Below, piece after piece: positions 1-12,681 of a stretch of DNA of 64,000 nt. The stretch is taken from the NCBI RefSeq assembly GCF_037042905.1, contig NW_026974141.1, positions 8,184,001 to 8,248,000 of the forward strand, given 5' to 3'. Within the stretch, counting starts at the first letter, position 1, and each line of letters starts with the position of its first letter. The position numbers and the translations under genes are program-made. The notes beneath the pieces were generated by a model. The model was not told the origin of the DNA. It did not search any database and saw nothing but the letters and a program-made list of their open reading frames with translations. This stretch comes from Lytechinus pictus. Lineage: Eukaryota.

Positions 1-145
1 ATGTGTGACACCGAGACAGGTGGTTTTGTGTCTCCCTCTCTTTCTCCTGAAATATCAAACAGATCTATTCATTAAAAATCTTACTCAAAATGGTGCTTTT
101 GGTAGAAAAATAATGAATATAGGGCATGTCATGTGACGGCCTTAA

Positions 146-930
146 CCCTTATTAAACTGGGGGGGGGGGGTCAATTTGACCCCCCCCCCTCAACAAATTT
201 CATCACTACGCTGTCGCGCAAAAAATTTTGATCGCGCCGCTCACTGACTTTTTACTTTCAAGTCTCGCGCAAATTTTGAGACCAAATTTGTGACGCCCGG
301 GTACGCGGTTACGACATTACGCAACATTATGTAAGTGCATGTCAGACCCAAAATTGCTCATAAACATGATTTCATGTACAAATCCAATGCAAATTGTGTA
401 TTTAGCCAAAATTCATAAATTTATCATTTTTTCTACTTTTACTGATTAAACTTAATTAATTTTGCCTTGTTTATGATTAGAATTAAGTCTAGAACGATTT
501 CCATCGAAAATACAATAAAAAACAAAATGTAAAAAAACAAAGAAATACATGATTTTAAAAAAATAAAATACATAAGAAATCGGTCTTGGTACCAGATTTT
601 TTTTCATTCACAATTGTTAGGAATGCTATAAAGAATATTTTCACCCAAAAAATAGCATTCTAGGAGCTTTATTTAGTGAATCAGAGCAAAAAGTATGATT
701 TCATGAATAAATTAGCATAATTAATTCATATAAAATAAAAAAATATGAATTCAGTGAAATTTACCAATGCAACTACGTAGATTACGTCATTCTCTACCAT
801 CATGCAAATTTTCGTTGTGATCGTGCAATCCACGGCCGAGATCTTATAGTTATAAGGGGGGGGCAATAATACCCCCCCCCCCCCCCGGGAATGACAAGAA
901 TCAAAATACCCCGGTAGATTTAGGATTTTA
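146..930. mobile_element. piggyBac-like non-autonomous element, copy A (right end degenerate)
   Basis: TTAA|CCCT start; body is the reverse complement of 59671-60428 (e.g. gagaccaaatttgtgacgcccgggtacgcggtt). Confidence 0.7.
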
Positions 931-2814
931 AAAATTGTCAGTACGGTATATCATCGTCATCGAGGATCTACATAATAACATAGTATACCCAGTTGTTGTG
1001 TGTCCGGACAGGTTGTGTGTCCGGACGATCAATTTTAGAAAGTCATTTGGAAAAAATTACAAGCGAAGTTACATCAATTTTTAGTACAAAATGTTAGAAA
1101 ATATTATAGAGAACAAAATAGAGGATGATTACAACTATTGAATTCATATTTTTAGTGTAATCTTAAGACAAAAAAGAAGGCTTCAAAGTTCAAAATATAA
1201 AGTGTCCGGACACCCGACCCCCCATCCTACATGTACATGTACTTCTCTGGTACAGTTACATAAACTGAACTTTGTGAAATCTATGCTGAAAAATGTTCAA
1301 ACTGAAGATCACCAACACAGGTAAGAGCATGTGGGACAGTAGACCAAAAGCTTCGGTCTCTGTTATGTTGGTTGTTCAGCTGAACTCCGTTGGCTTCACT
1401 CACCAAATACAGAGACCGAAGTTCTAGCGCGATCTGTACAGGGGACTCAATGGCCATATGTTTATGTACTTAAGATCGGATAAAACGGGGAAGTGAATTT
1501 GTGCGACAGCCGAGGTAAGTCACTGTTTTTGTTCCTTTTAACTTGATTTTTCTCAGTTTTTTGGCAATTAGGCAATGCCAAGAGGGAATATTAATTTGCA
1601 TTTTGGTCGCATTAATTTTCAAAATTTTTATTCATTAAAGACAAAAATTGAAGAGCCCCGACGGGGGGATTTTGCATTGCAAGTCCCCTAAATTTAATGG
1701 TGGCTGCACGCTAGCGAGCCGTCTGTGTACGAGGAGAGAAAAAAAAAAAAAAGTTAAAAAACTCCTCGAAACAGACGGCTGCCAGCTGTCTAGTGGGACA
1801 GTTATTTTATTGCTCTGATTAATGTCGGCCCGACGCTTGCCTTGGCTCGAGTTGACCCGAATCCTGTGCTTTTTTTGCTTATTTCGCAGCAATTACACAA
1901 TTTCTTCCAGAATCCTTTGGCACATACCGGTATATTATTTATAAATATAGACAGACACTTTGGTGGTCATTTCATTGGATTCTGTACGAACTCATTTTGA
2001 TATCGTTACCACAACTGGCATTTACCTTAATTGTGTGCACTGTGTAGTGTGTCTGTGCAGATTTGGGCCCTGAGCCCACCAGCGCAGCCTGTCCTATTCA
2101 GCATGCCGGCGCTCGGGGCAGCCACCCCGGCCAGGCAGTGTCAGTGCACGAAATCTAAAGCCAAGCCGCGCTCCGAAAAGAAAATCTTAGAAGATGGTTA
2201 TCTAACTTACTGTTTGGTCTCCTGCGAATGCCTTCGAAGTCGTTATCCAAATCTGAACCGTGTTCTTAAAGTAGTAGAACTATTATTAACGGCCATCTTC
2301 GTCGCACTTAATTCTCGATCCAAAATTAGGCTGCAACATTTAACGGCGAAAAACGGGCGCATTCCTATTTCAAATTAAATGGTTGCGACTGCGCCAGTTG
2401 CATGCAGTGCAGCGCGCATGCGCAGGCTCGACGCCCGGCGGCGAATTGATTACTAGTATGCGGATCATGAATTTTTTATAGGGGGTGAGCCCGGGGGGGG
2501 GGGGGTGAGCTAACTAGATAGGGGGTTTGCATGACACCGGGGCATGACACCACTTGCGAAAAAAAAGTTTTAAAATAGATACAAACTTCTTTGACATATA
2601 AAGCTTCCTCTTGTTTGGTTTGGTTGGCAACCAGTTAAGAAATTATTATTTTTGCCACTGCTTTTGAAACTTTATTTCTTTGAAGAATTATATACTTTAC
2701 CTAAAATAAAAAAAAATCTGTACTATTTTTTTCCTTTTATAAGTAGAAATAGCCTTGCTAACATGGCAAGGTTGAAAAAATGGCAAAATAGTATGTGGCT
2801 TTGAAATTAAACTT

Positions 2815-3299
2815 GTAAATTTCCTCGTCGTTGATTGGTAAAATTTGATGTCATAATCACGTCGTAATGTGGTCATATGAAAACGCAAATTTCTTTGTCG
2901 TTGTTTGGTAAATAAATGATGTCATAATCACGTCATAATGTGGTCATATAAAAATGCAAATTCATTTGTTGCAGATTGGTCGATAAATGACGTCGTAATC
3001 ACGTAATAATCTGGTCATATAAGAAAGCAAATTTATTTGTCGTAAATTGGTCAGTAAATGACGTCGTAATCACGTCATAATCAGGTCATATAAGCGAGCA
3101 AATTTACTTGTCGTAAATTGGTCAGTAAATGACGTCGAAATCACGTCATAATCTGGTCAAATAAAAATGCAAATGAAAGTTGCCATTCTAAGTCGTCAAA
3201 ATGACGTCGTAAGAACGTCATAAATACGACGACATGACGAGTATTACCACTTTACGATCAGTTAATGACGTCATTACGACCGTGTCTGCTATCAGGGTA
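2815..3299. repeat. 71-bp tandem repeat (about 5 copies plus a degenerate tail), probably a transposon arm
   Basis: GTC(A/G)TAATCACGT recurs at 2850, 2921, 2992, 3063 and (variant) 3134. Confidence 0.85.
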
Positions 3300-3453
3300 T
3301 AGACGACAGATATTACTCTCGGGCCTTTTTATCAAAGTGGAGACAATTGGCAGAGTGGGGATTTGAAATCACAACCTTACGATTATGAGTCCAATCATGC
3401 TCTAACCACTGGACCACACTCCCAGACATTGGCCAGTTCTAACTACACTCTCT

Positions 3454-3764
3454 GGCCTGGATTCTGAACTCGGGTGTAAATTAAACCCTGGTTTAAAGTT
3501 GTGGTTTAACTATGGAGAGCCAATTGGGGTACAAATCCCTAACAGTACACATCCTATTTATTAACTCATATGACATCCAAATGTCTGGGAATGATAAATG
3601 AAGTATTTTGAGGTATTATTCTTCATTATAAAAGCAAAAGGAAACAGATTAGTAAATATAAGAAATATACAATATAAGCAGAATTTTCGAGTTTTTGGCT
3701 CCCCATAATTTTAGCACAGACTTAGACCATGGTATAAGTTAAACCTGACTTCAGAATACGGGCC
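3454..3764. mobile_element. PIF/Harbinger-like MITE family 1, copy 1
   Basis: GGCC..ATTCTGAA / TTCAGAATACGGGCC termini, flanked by TCT/TCT. Confidence 0.75.
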
Positions 3765-3844
3765 TCTGACTCAAAAGACTTTGCAAAAGAATTTTCAAAA
3801 ATTCCTCACAATCAAAATATTTTCCATGAACTTGAAATGGAAGC

Positions 3845-4520
3845 CAGTTTGTCAAGGAGTACTGTTGACTTAGCGACCCAATCATTGTGTACACAGATAG
3901 GATTTGGATCCTGACAATTCATATGTCAATTTATGATATTTTGTTTACTTTCTGTCAAGTATGGTATGTGACTGGTCTCACCTTGTTCATTTTAAAACGT
4001 CCTTGTGGATTTTGTATTATTTTTTTTTTTGGGGGGGGGGGTGGTATTTGTCCCCTATTCCCACCCTCTAGAACCTACATGTATTTGGAAGGTTCTAAGA
4101 TATTCAATTCTGAAAACTTGCACTACTTATGAGATGTTTTTCCTGGCCAAGTCCATCTCATCAGATAGATAGATTTGAATATTGAGAGAAAATGGAAATG
4201 AGCATAATGCTGAAAATTTCATCAAAATCAGTTGTCAAGGAGCACTGTTGACTAAGCGACCCAATCACTGTGTACACAGATATGATTTGGATCCTGACAA
4301 TTCATATGTCCGTTTATGATTTTCTGTTTACATTCTGTCAAGTATGGTATGTGACTGGTCTCACCTTGTTCATTTCAGAACACGCGTCCTTGTGGATTTT
4401 TTTTTTTTTGGGGGGGGGGGCTGGGGTGGTGGACACAGGTTAGCCCCACCCTCACACTCTAGAACCTATTTGGGAAATACAAGGATATTCAATTCTAAAA
4501 AATTGCACTACTTAAGATGT
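3845..4520. repeat. Local tandem duplication (~290 bp, offset ~385 bp)
   Basis: TGTCAAGGAG.ACTGTTGACT.AGCGACCCAATCA.TGTGTACACAGATA... at ~3850 and ~4233. Confidence 0.85.
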
Positions 4521-5192
4521 AATTTGCCAAATGTCGCCCAGTAGATGTGAATATTATAAAAGAAAAAGCCTGGTTAATAATGATAGCAGGGCCCACTGGG
4601 AGAACAGTTTTCAGAACTGAAGTGGCTTCCCTGGGTAAATATACCAGTATTACTATTATTATTATAAAAAGCAAATGAGCACAATGCTGATCATTTTTTT
4701 TATTATCAACATCAGGTGTAAAGTAAATTAAAGCATAAGTACTGTTAGGCTGTTGTGTAGGCCCTATGCGAAATGCAAATTAATAGAACAGATGACGTCA
4801 GACTAAAAATTCAAAGATGAAATTGTATCTTATCAAACATGTTTAATTGTTTTAATATTTTATTTGGCATTAACAAATACAAGCAATTTTTCTCTTGTGT
4901 AATGTAAGCATCTGCTCACTCCACCTTGGAGTTGTGAAACCATCCTAAGAGTAACCTTATTATGAGAACCTTTTCATTATGAAATCTACCATAATAAAAA
5001 TATCTTATATTTCGAGAAAGAAAAGAAATAGTATACATGGCATTATTGGTGTCCTCATTTGTGTCCAGATTCTGCAGACCATTGACCTCACTGATCAGTG
5101 ACCTTGTCTTACATTCCAGCAAGGGCCTAATAAAGGGTCAATTACACTTGACCAAAATATTTACATCAAAACCATTTTGACAAAACCCTTGT

Positions 5193-5590
5193 AGGGCCGT
5201 CTACACCAGCCCTAGTTTTATCTGATCTGGCATATTATCCCGATCTGAACGATATCGAGATTATTTGTAATGGAGATGCAATCATTGCGATAGTTCGCTG
5301 GATTAATCCCGGGATTGCAATCCTCGGTCAACTTACGATTATTTGCAAAAGAGCGTGCTATTTTTTAATTATCCCGCTAATTCGCAGATGTAGACGCACT
5401 TGAGTTTCGACTCAGAATTATTTATTCATGGCGTCGGACAATAATGCTTCGATGCCTCGCTCAAGTACAAATTCCTCTTCTTGCGCTGGTGGAGATGATG
5501 TTTCCTTAATCTCGAGATTAATCACGAAGAGGGCTGATTGGTCTAAAATCTTGAGGTTGACCAAACTGGGGCTGGTGCAACACCGCCTTT
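5193..5590. mobile_element. MITE family 3, copy 1
   Basis: AGGGCCGTCTACACCAGCCC...GGGGCTGGTGCAACACCGCC; reverse-complement homologue of 22844-23244. Confidence 0.72.
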
Positions 5591-6930
5591 TGTCAATTAT
5601 TCTACAGAAAAAAGTCTGTGATAAAGTCATATAGTGTTTGTGAAAAGCAATATGCACAGCCACCTTGGGAAGCATCTGGAGGGTGTTTCATGAAACAAAT
5701 TGTCAATGATTGATGTTAAAAGCTACTGAAATCCTTGTCGCTGATTGGCTGAGAGCAAATAATTCAGTGAAAAACACTGGCGAAGCTCTGAATGAAATAT
5801 TTCCTTATTTTTTAATGGCTAATAACATAACTACTACCAAGCTACAATAGGTGATTCACGGCTCTAAAGGATTTATCTTTTTGTGCCAATCTGCCAAACT
5901 TGGTACGTGAAAAAGATGCTTAACTTTGAGGAATCTGCACTCTTTTACCAGAACATTCTTTATGTTCTTGCAGTTTGGAAATGCTTCCATCCACCCTATT
6001 ACCCCTGGAGGATGGGGTTGCCTAGCAACATGAAGCTCTGAACAAGGAGGGCTGATTAACCTCCATCTCCCACAGGTTGAGGTCGTGATTATGGATTTAA
6101 TTTGACATCAAGTGTGCCTTTCTGGTCAAATTCAGAGTTCATTTAGCAGCTCCCCTGCCTGGTCACTGCTGTAATTTGTTTACTCTGTGGTTTGTTACAG
6201 ATGTTATTTCAAAGTTTATTACACTGCCAGAAGCTTGTACATTCTCTGTTGTGTGCCCAGAGGAACGTTTCATGTGTGTGTTTTCATTTTATTAAACTAA
6301 CGTATGATTATTTGCGTCTGGACTGACATTTAACATCACCATCCGAAAGACGTGGTTTATTTCCAATTGGTCTATTGGCAATTCGTCCAATTCCCAACTT
6401 GTCTACTAACATTTGGTCTATCATCAGTTCATCCACTATCCACATGCTCTAACTGCCATTTCGTCCACTCACCATTTCGTCTAATAACCAGTTGGTCCAA
6501 TAGCCATTTAGTCCATATACCACATGGTTTAATTGGATAAAGTGTTGATTGGGCAAACTGAATGAACAGAAAATGGGTTTTAGACCAACTGGTTATAAGA
6601 CAAAATGGTAATAGATAAAATGATGATTGGGCCAAATGGTTATTGGACCAGATGGCTGTTAGACGAAATGTTGATGGACGGAATGGCATTAGATTAAATG
6701 AAGGTAGACCATGTGATGAGTGGACGAGTTGGCAATAGACAAATTGGCTGTACATGAAAGGACGTGTTGGACATTAATTCCGACAAGTCCCATTTTATCT
6801 GACAGTTACCATAGGAATAGCACTTCCCAGCCAATTAAGATCAAGGAAAGTTGACAGATCTGACAACTTGTTGGACAAAAATGTTGATGAAATGCCCCCA
6901 GGGCTTGAACCTCGAACCCCTGCATCAATA

Positions 6931-7961
6931 GGTGGTTTCAAACCGCCTCGATCACAAGAATCCCCGTTAAATTACGAGAACTTTTTTAGGCTGAAAAATA
7001 CCCATTAATTATTCCTGCATTCACACCGCCCTGAAACATATCCTTCGGGATAAGTTCCTGAAGTTACGAGCATGCGCAGTATGGTCTGATAAGCAGCAAG
7101 GCGCGAAATTCAAAATCACTAGCCCAGCAGCAATGCATGCACGGCGCCGCACCCAACGACACGCTGGGCTAAAAGTTCCCGTAATTTGCTTTCAGACCGC
7201 CAAAATACCCACGACCTTGGAAAAATCCCCGCGAAAGTTCTCGTAATTTCGCCAAGTACCTACTATTTCGCTAGAGGGTATTCATTTGTCTCGCAATCTA
7301 CTATGGTCAACAAGGAAATTTGTGATCACTCTCGCAAAAAGTGTTCACTGGCTTTCTAGGAAATTCGTGATCACTCTCGCAAAAAGTGTTCACTAGCTTA
7401 CAAGTTCACGAGCTTTCGAGTGCCGCTGCAACTCTTTATTGCGTCGGATGCGGTGCGGCCGGTAATCCGTATATGCAAATAAGCAGGCTTATTTGCATAT
7501 ACGGATTACCGGCCGGATCAATGCCCACCTATTGTTCTCGCGTTCGTGCGTACGGTCCTGGAGATTAGTATAAATAGAGTACGTCATCAGATAATTTTCG
7601 TCACTTGATAAAGAGTTGCAGCGGCACTCGAAAGCTCGTGAACTTGTAAGCTAGTGAACACTTTTTGCGAGAGTGATCACGAATTTCCTAGAAAGCCAGT
7701 GAACACTTTTTGCGAGAGTGATCACGAATTTCCTTGTTGACCATAGTAGATTGCGAGACAAATGAATACCCTCTAGCGATTATTTCAATCCGCAATAATG
7801 AACCTATTTAGTACCTACTATTTATCGGGTATTTTCTTTCGGGGATATTACGCGTAGTTTGCTTTCACACCGCCAAAATACCTGGAATTTTCTGATCGGG
7901 GTAAATTTCCCGATCAGAGAATACCTGGAACTGGCGAACTTCGAGGCGGTCTGAAACCACC
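6931..7961. mobile_element. MITE (host of the foldback insertion); a degenerate relative lies at ~9090-9400
   Basis: TA|GGTGGTTTCAAACCGCCTCG ... CGAGGCGGTCTGAAACCACC|TA. Confidence 0.8.
7268..7809. mobile_element. Foldback element with 172-bp inverted arms and an internal 29-bp perfect hairpin
   Basis: Arms 7268-7439 and 7608-7779 (one mismatch seen), each with a 2x45-bp subrepeat; 14-bp direct repeat AGTACCTACTATTT at 7255 and 7810. Confidence 0.85.
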
Positions 7962-8775
7962 TAATGTGTAACTTCCCCGATGTAGAGTGGATTACAGGCG
8001 CACAGCACCCAGCTCGAGAAAAGACTTGCAATGTTTTCTGTGACAAAATCTGTTTTATTTGACAGTTACTATGGCAACAGTCAGACACCTATTCTTCTCA
8101 GACACTGAAACTCAAGGAAAGTCATCAGATGACAGATATTAATGAAGTGATCCTTGACTATCCATAATGCTGCACTTATCTAAACCCCAATCTGTTAGAT
8201 TAACCTTTCAATATTTTGTTTTGGTTTTGCTCTTTTTGTGACTCCCCCTTCCTCCAAAGTAAACAAGGGCATGTGCCCTCTCACCCCCCCCCCCCCCCCG
8301 ATGCACCATTATATTCACTACTGGATGATTCTTTTTCTCCATATAAACTCCTATGGCCTTTACGTTATGTTGCCAACAGCATGGATCCTATTAGACTCTC
8401 AAGTCATTTTCATGATCTTCTACAGCCTCAAATAAATTCCTGTTGTGTTCTACCAAGGATCTCTTTGGTTCTACTCTGTTTTTTCTTTCTTTCCATGTTG
8501 CTTTTTTTCATTTTTTTCCTTCATCTTCCTCCCATCAAATCAAATTTCCTTGACACATTGTTTTACTACTAATGTTTCTGTGTTAACCCCATGCTGTTAC
8601 GGAAATAGCTCGGTTGTCTTGTTAAGCTCACATTTCTCATTCAAACGTGAGGTGTATTGAGACCAACTAGATTACCAGAATTCCTGTTGAATTACAAGAA
8701 CATGTTCAGGCCTCCAAATACCCAATAATTTATTTCTGCATTTACATCGACCCGAAGAGACACATTAGACCCATT

Positions 8776-9086
8776 GGCCCATATTCTGATAGCAGGTTTA
8801 ACTTAAACTCAGGTTTAAAGTTGTGGTTTAAGCATGGATAGCCAATTGTTACATAAATCACTAACAGTAGGGATATAATATTTCAGCTCATTTGGATCTC
8901 AAATCATTCATAATTGTCTAGGAAGTATAAATATACTATTGTCTTCACCATCGATGAATCAGGAAAGAGCACAGTAAACATAGGAAACATACGACTTAAT
9001 AAAAATTTTGATACTTTTGGCTTCCCATACTTAAACCACAACTTTAAGCCTGAGTTTACGTTAAACCCGACTTCAGAATACGGGCC
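8776..9086. mobile_element. PIF/Harbinger-like MITE family 1, copy 2
   Basis: ~60 bp imperfect TIRs (GGCCCATATTCTGA..GGTTTAACTTAAACTCAGGTTTAAAGTTGTGGTTTAAG), flanked by ATT/ATT. Confidence 0.82.
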
Positions 9087-11780
9087 ATTAAGTTCTAAAA
9101 GTAACGAGCATGCACAGTATTGTCTGATAAGCAGATAAGGCGTAACATAAGCAGCCCCCCCCCCCCACGCACTCGTACTTGACTACTCACTGGGTTGAGA
9201 AAGTTTTTCGTAATTTGCTTTCACACTGCCGAAATACCCATGACCTTGGAAAAATTTCAGCAATCACCCACTATTTTGCTGGTATTTTCTTTCAAAGATA
9301 TTAACAAGTGTTTTGCTTTCACTTTTGCAAAAAAATACCTCATAATAATTACCATAAAAAATACTAGGTACCGTACATGTATTTTCGAAATTCGAGAGGG
9401 TCTGAATACACCTATGGAATTACTAGCTTATAACTCCATCATGATTCAAATTAGATCATGTTGTAGCTGAGCCATTGGAAAACCACTGGGTATGGCATTG
9501 AAATTTGATGGGATTTCATTATCCCAATACTTATTTGGAAGGGTGGGGGCAATGGGTAAATTGGCCCCTATGGATTTTCAGGTAATGGCCAAAATAAGGG
9601 AAGAAAAGGAAAAGGAGGAAAGAAAAATGTATAGGATGAAAGTGAATTAAAGAGAAATAAAAATATTTTTAATCTCTATTTTCTTGTTTGGAGATTAAAC
9701 TTACTATTTTCTGGTTTCATGAATGATTTTCTTTAGTTAAAACCTGAGTCGGTATTTAGGCCTTCTTGATAATGAGCCAAATTGGCCTGACGATGTGATG
9801 GAAAAAGTGCATTTTTTTCAGAAGAATGCAGGAAGTTTGGGGTAAGGGCAGCACCACAAATTGCATTTTCGGTAAGAATTCCTATATTTTGACATTCATA
9901 ATTTTCTAGTTCTATAAGTCAAAGGGTGAGATTCAATGCTCTCCCAAAACAACCACTTTTTGGGTTTGTGATTGGTGATTCGTGTTTGTGATTCTAGCCA
10001 AAGAAATTCCATTGGCTCCACCCCAAATCTGCTTTTTCATGTACAAGTTTTCGGATGTTGCGCCAAGACATTAGACATCACAATATCCTGATGTCATTAA
10101 GTTAATCACATTATGGACAAACATGCTCAAACACATTTTCAAATGTTTCATTGGCCTTAATATGTGGTTCAAACGGAAGTGAAATTAGAACTTGAATTAG
10201 GAATGTCTAGATGTGTTCATATTGCCCTCAACAAACTCAAGGTCACGACCCAGCAGGTTGTACTGTACATCGTTCAGGTATAGGTATCACAGGCCTAAAA
10301 CATTTCCCGTAGACTCATGTGTTAAAATGGCACTTCTAAAAAATTCATAAAAAATAAAGATGAAATTTGGGGGTCGAATGTTTACTACCAGTGGCTAGGA
10401 TATATATCTGAGAATCCATATCTGACCAGAAAAGGGTCCCTCGACTGGCTCATTTTAAAAATACATAGGCATTTATAAAGCAATCTCCTTAGGGATCAAA
10501 TTCATCACCTGAAACAGTGAAATAGCCCTTATCCTTCCGCCAGTCAAAATATAGTTCCAAAGCTGGTGATATATCTTCCCAATTTGGGAAAATGAAGTTC
10601 GGTAATTACCAAAAATAGAAGCAGTGTTAGATGGACAATCATATTCATACACTTTGTCAATAAGCCATATCAAAATAAAAAAATTGAGAATGGGTTGGCT
10701 TGAATGAATATCTGTTGCCTGCCTGATGTTAATAGGCCCGTGCAACCTGTAGGTTATGTGTCTGCACGCCAGAATAGTGTTAGATGGCCTTCAGTTTTGA
10801 ATGAAGAAGATGGTTTCATCTAGTTTCAGCTGTAGATCCAGCCAGAACCAATATTTAGAATTTGACAAGATCGTATTGCATTCTTTAAGTTTTCAATACA
10901 ATACATTTTTTTCGGGTTTTAAGTGATGCTTATGATGCCATTCTTCTCTTGGAGCCACTTGCAGCCTATCACGGAGATGAACTTACATGAGGAGGAGCAA
11001 AGGGGAATTTTGGAGACTGCCATTTTCAAGTGACACTGCATTAACTATTTGGTTTGAAAGTTCTATTTCCAGGGACAGATCTTTTGGCAAGAGCCTAGGT
11101 CTATTCGCAAGTTGTTAGAAGTTGATTTAACCGGGGGGGGGGGGGGAGGGGGGTAGGACATCGAGGGCTTTCAACTATATCCTTATACATACCATGGCCA
11201 CAGCTCTAAAATTAACCAATCCTATGAAACACTTCCCTTCTCAAATAAGAATAAATATCACATCAACATTAAGACCAATGTGGGAGGGGGATACTGTGGA
11301 TGTGAGTGAATAAATTACAGACACATATCATTTCCTTAAAATCTGAGGAAAGGGTTTAATATCATATCATTTTCTTAAAATCTGAGGACAGGGTTTGATA
11401 TTTAAAACTTTCCCTGCAGATTTTCTGTAGATAATAAATATAGAAGAAATGGATGATGGTAGTCTAGATGATGGAGCTCATATCGCATCCTCGCGTTCGT
11501 TCTACCTTCAAATCTGGAGCATAAACATCGCCCCAAATTGGTTTCAGAGGTGAAACAAAAGGGATAAGACATGACAAAAAACTTCATGTACCAGTAACCA
11601 GCTGAAGAAATAGACCATTGTTTATAAGAATTATTGAAGACCTTCGCATCCTATTAAGACTTCACACATCACAGCCTGGTTTAGTGATCTGATGTGACAT
11701 ATCTTCTTCAAATCTCAATGGGAATGATCTGTTTAGTCTGGGCAAGACCGAGATGGGTCTTCACTATCCTAAAACATTTT

Positions 11781-12681
11781 GGCCCATATTCTCAAGTCGG
11801 GTTTAACTTAAAGGTCACCCCAGGAAAATGCTGACTTGGATAAATAGAGAAAATCAAACTAGCATAACAATGAAAATTTCATCAAAATCGGATGTAAAAT
11901 AAGAAAGTTATGACATTTTAAAGTTTCGCTTATTTTTCACAAAACAGTGATATGCACAACTAGGTGAGTCGGTCGATGATGTCCATCACTCACTATTTCT
12001 TTTGTTCTTTATTGTTTGAATTTTACAATATTTCATTTTTTATAGATTTGACAATAAGGACCAACTTGACTGAACCATATAGTATTAAACAATGCTAATT
12101 CCACATGTTCAGGGAGGAATTAATTGTTGTATCACTTAACAATGAGGAGAAAATTAGAATATTTCATATTTCATGTAATGAAATACAAAAGAAATAGTGA
12201 GTGGATGACGACATAGTCTCCTCATTTGCATACCAGCCAGGATGTGCATATAACTGTTTTGTGAAATTAAGCGAAAGTTTGAAATGTCATGACTTTCTTA
12301 TTTTACATCCGATTTTGATAAAATTTTCAGTGTTATGCTTGTTGGAGTTTTCTCTTTTTATTCAAATCAACTTTTTGTTGGGGTGGACTTGTCCTTTAAA
12401 CTCAGGTTTAAAGTTGTGGTTTAAGTATGGGAAGCCAAAAGTATCAATTTTTTTTAATTAAGTTGTATGTTTCTTATGTTTACTTTGCTCTTTCCTGATT
12501 CATCGATGGTGAAGACAATAATCTTTTTATACTTCCTAGACAATTATGAATGATTTGAGAGCCAAATGAGCTGAAGTATGATATCTCTACTGTTAGTGAT
12601 TTATGTAACAATTGGCTCTCCATACTTAAACCACAACTTTAAACCTGAGTTTAAGTTAAACCCGACTTCAGAATACTGGCC
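11781..12681. mobile_element. PIF/Harbinger-like MITE family 1, copy 3 (interrupted by the Kolobok-like MITE)
   Basis: Same TIRs, flanked by TTT/TTT. Confidence 0.82.
11812..12395. mobile_element. Kolobok-like MITE nested in a Harbinger-like MITE
   Basis: TTAA|AGGTCA...GGGGTGGACTTGTCCT|TTAA with long imperfect internal inverted arms; AG..CT termini plus TTAA TSD fit Kolobok rather than piggyBac. Confidence 0.85.

Noticed and set aside
2815-3200. Regular repeats as a possible CRISPR array
   Set aside because: Whole units repeat with no unique spacers, the context is eukaryotic and there are no cas genes. The same applies to 43064-43232 and 19019-19575.
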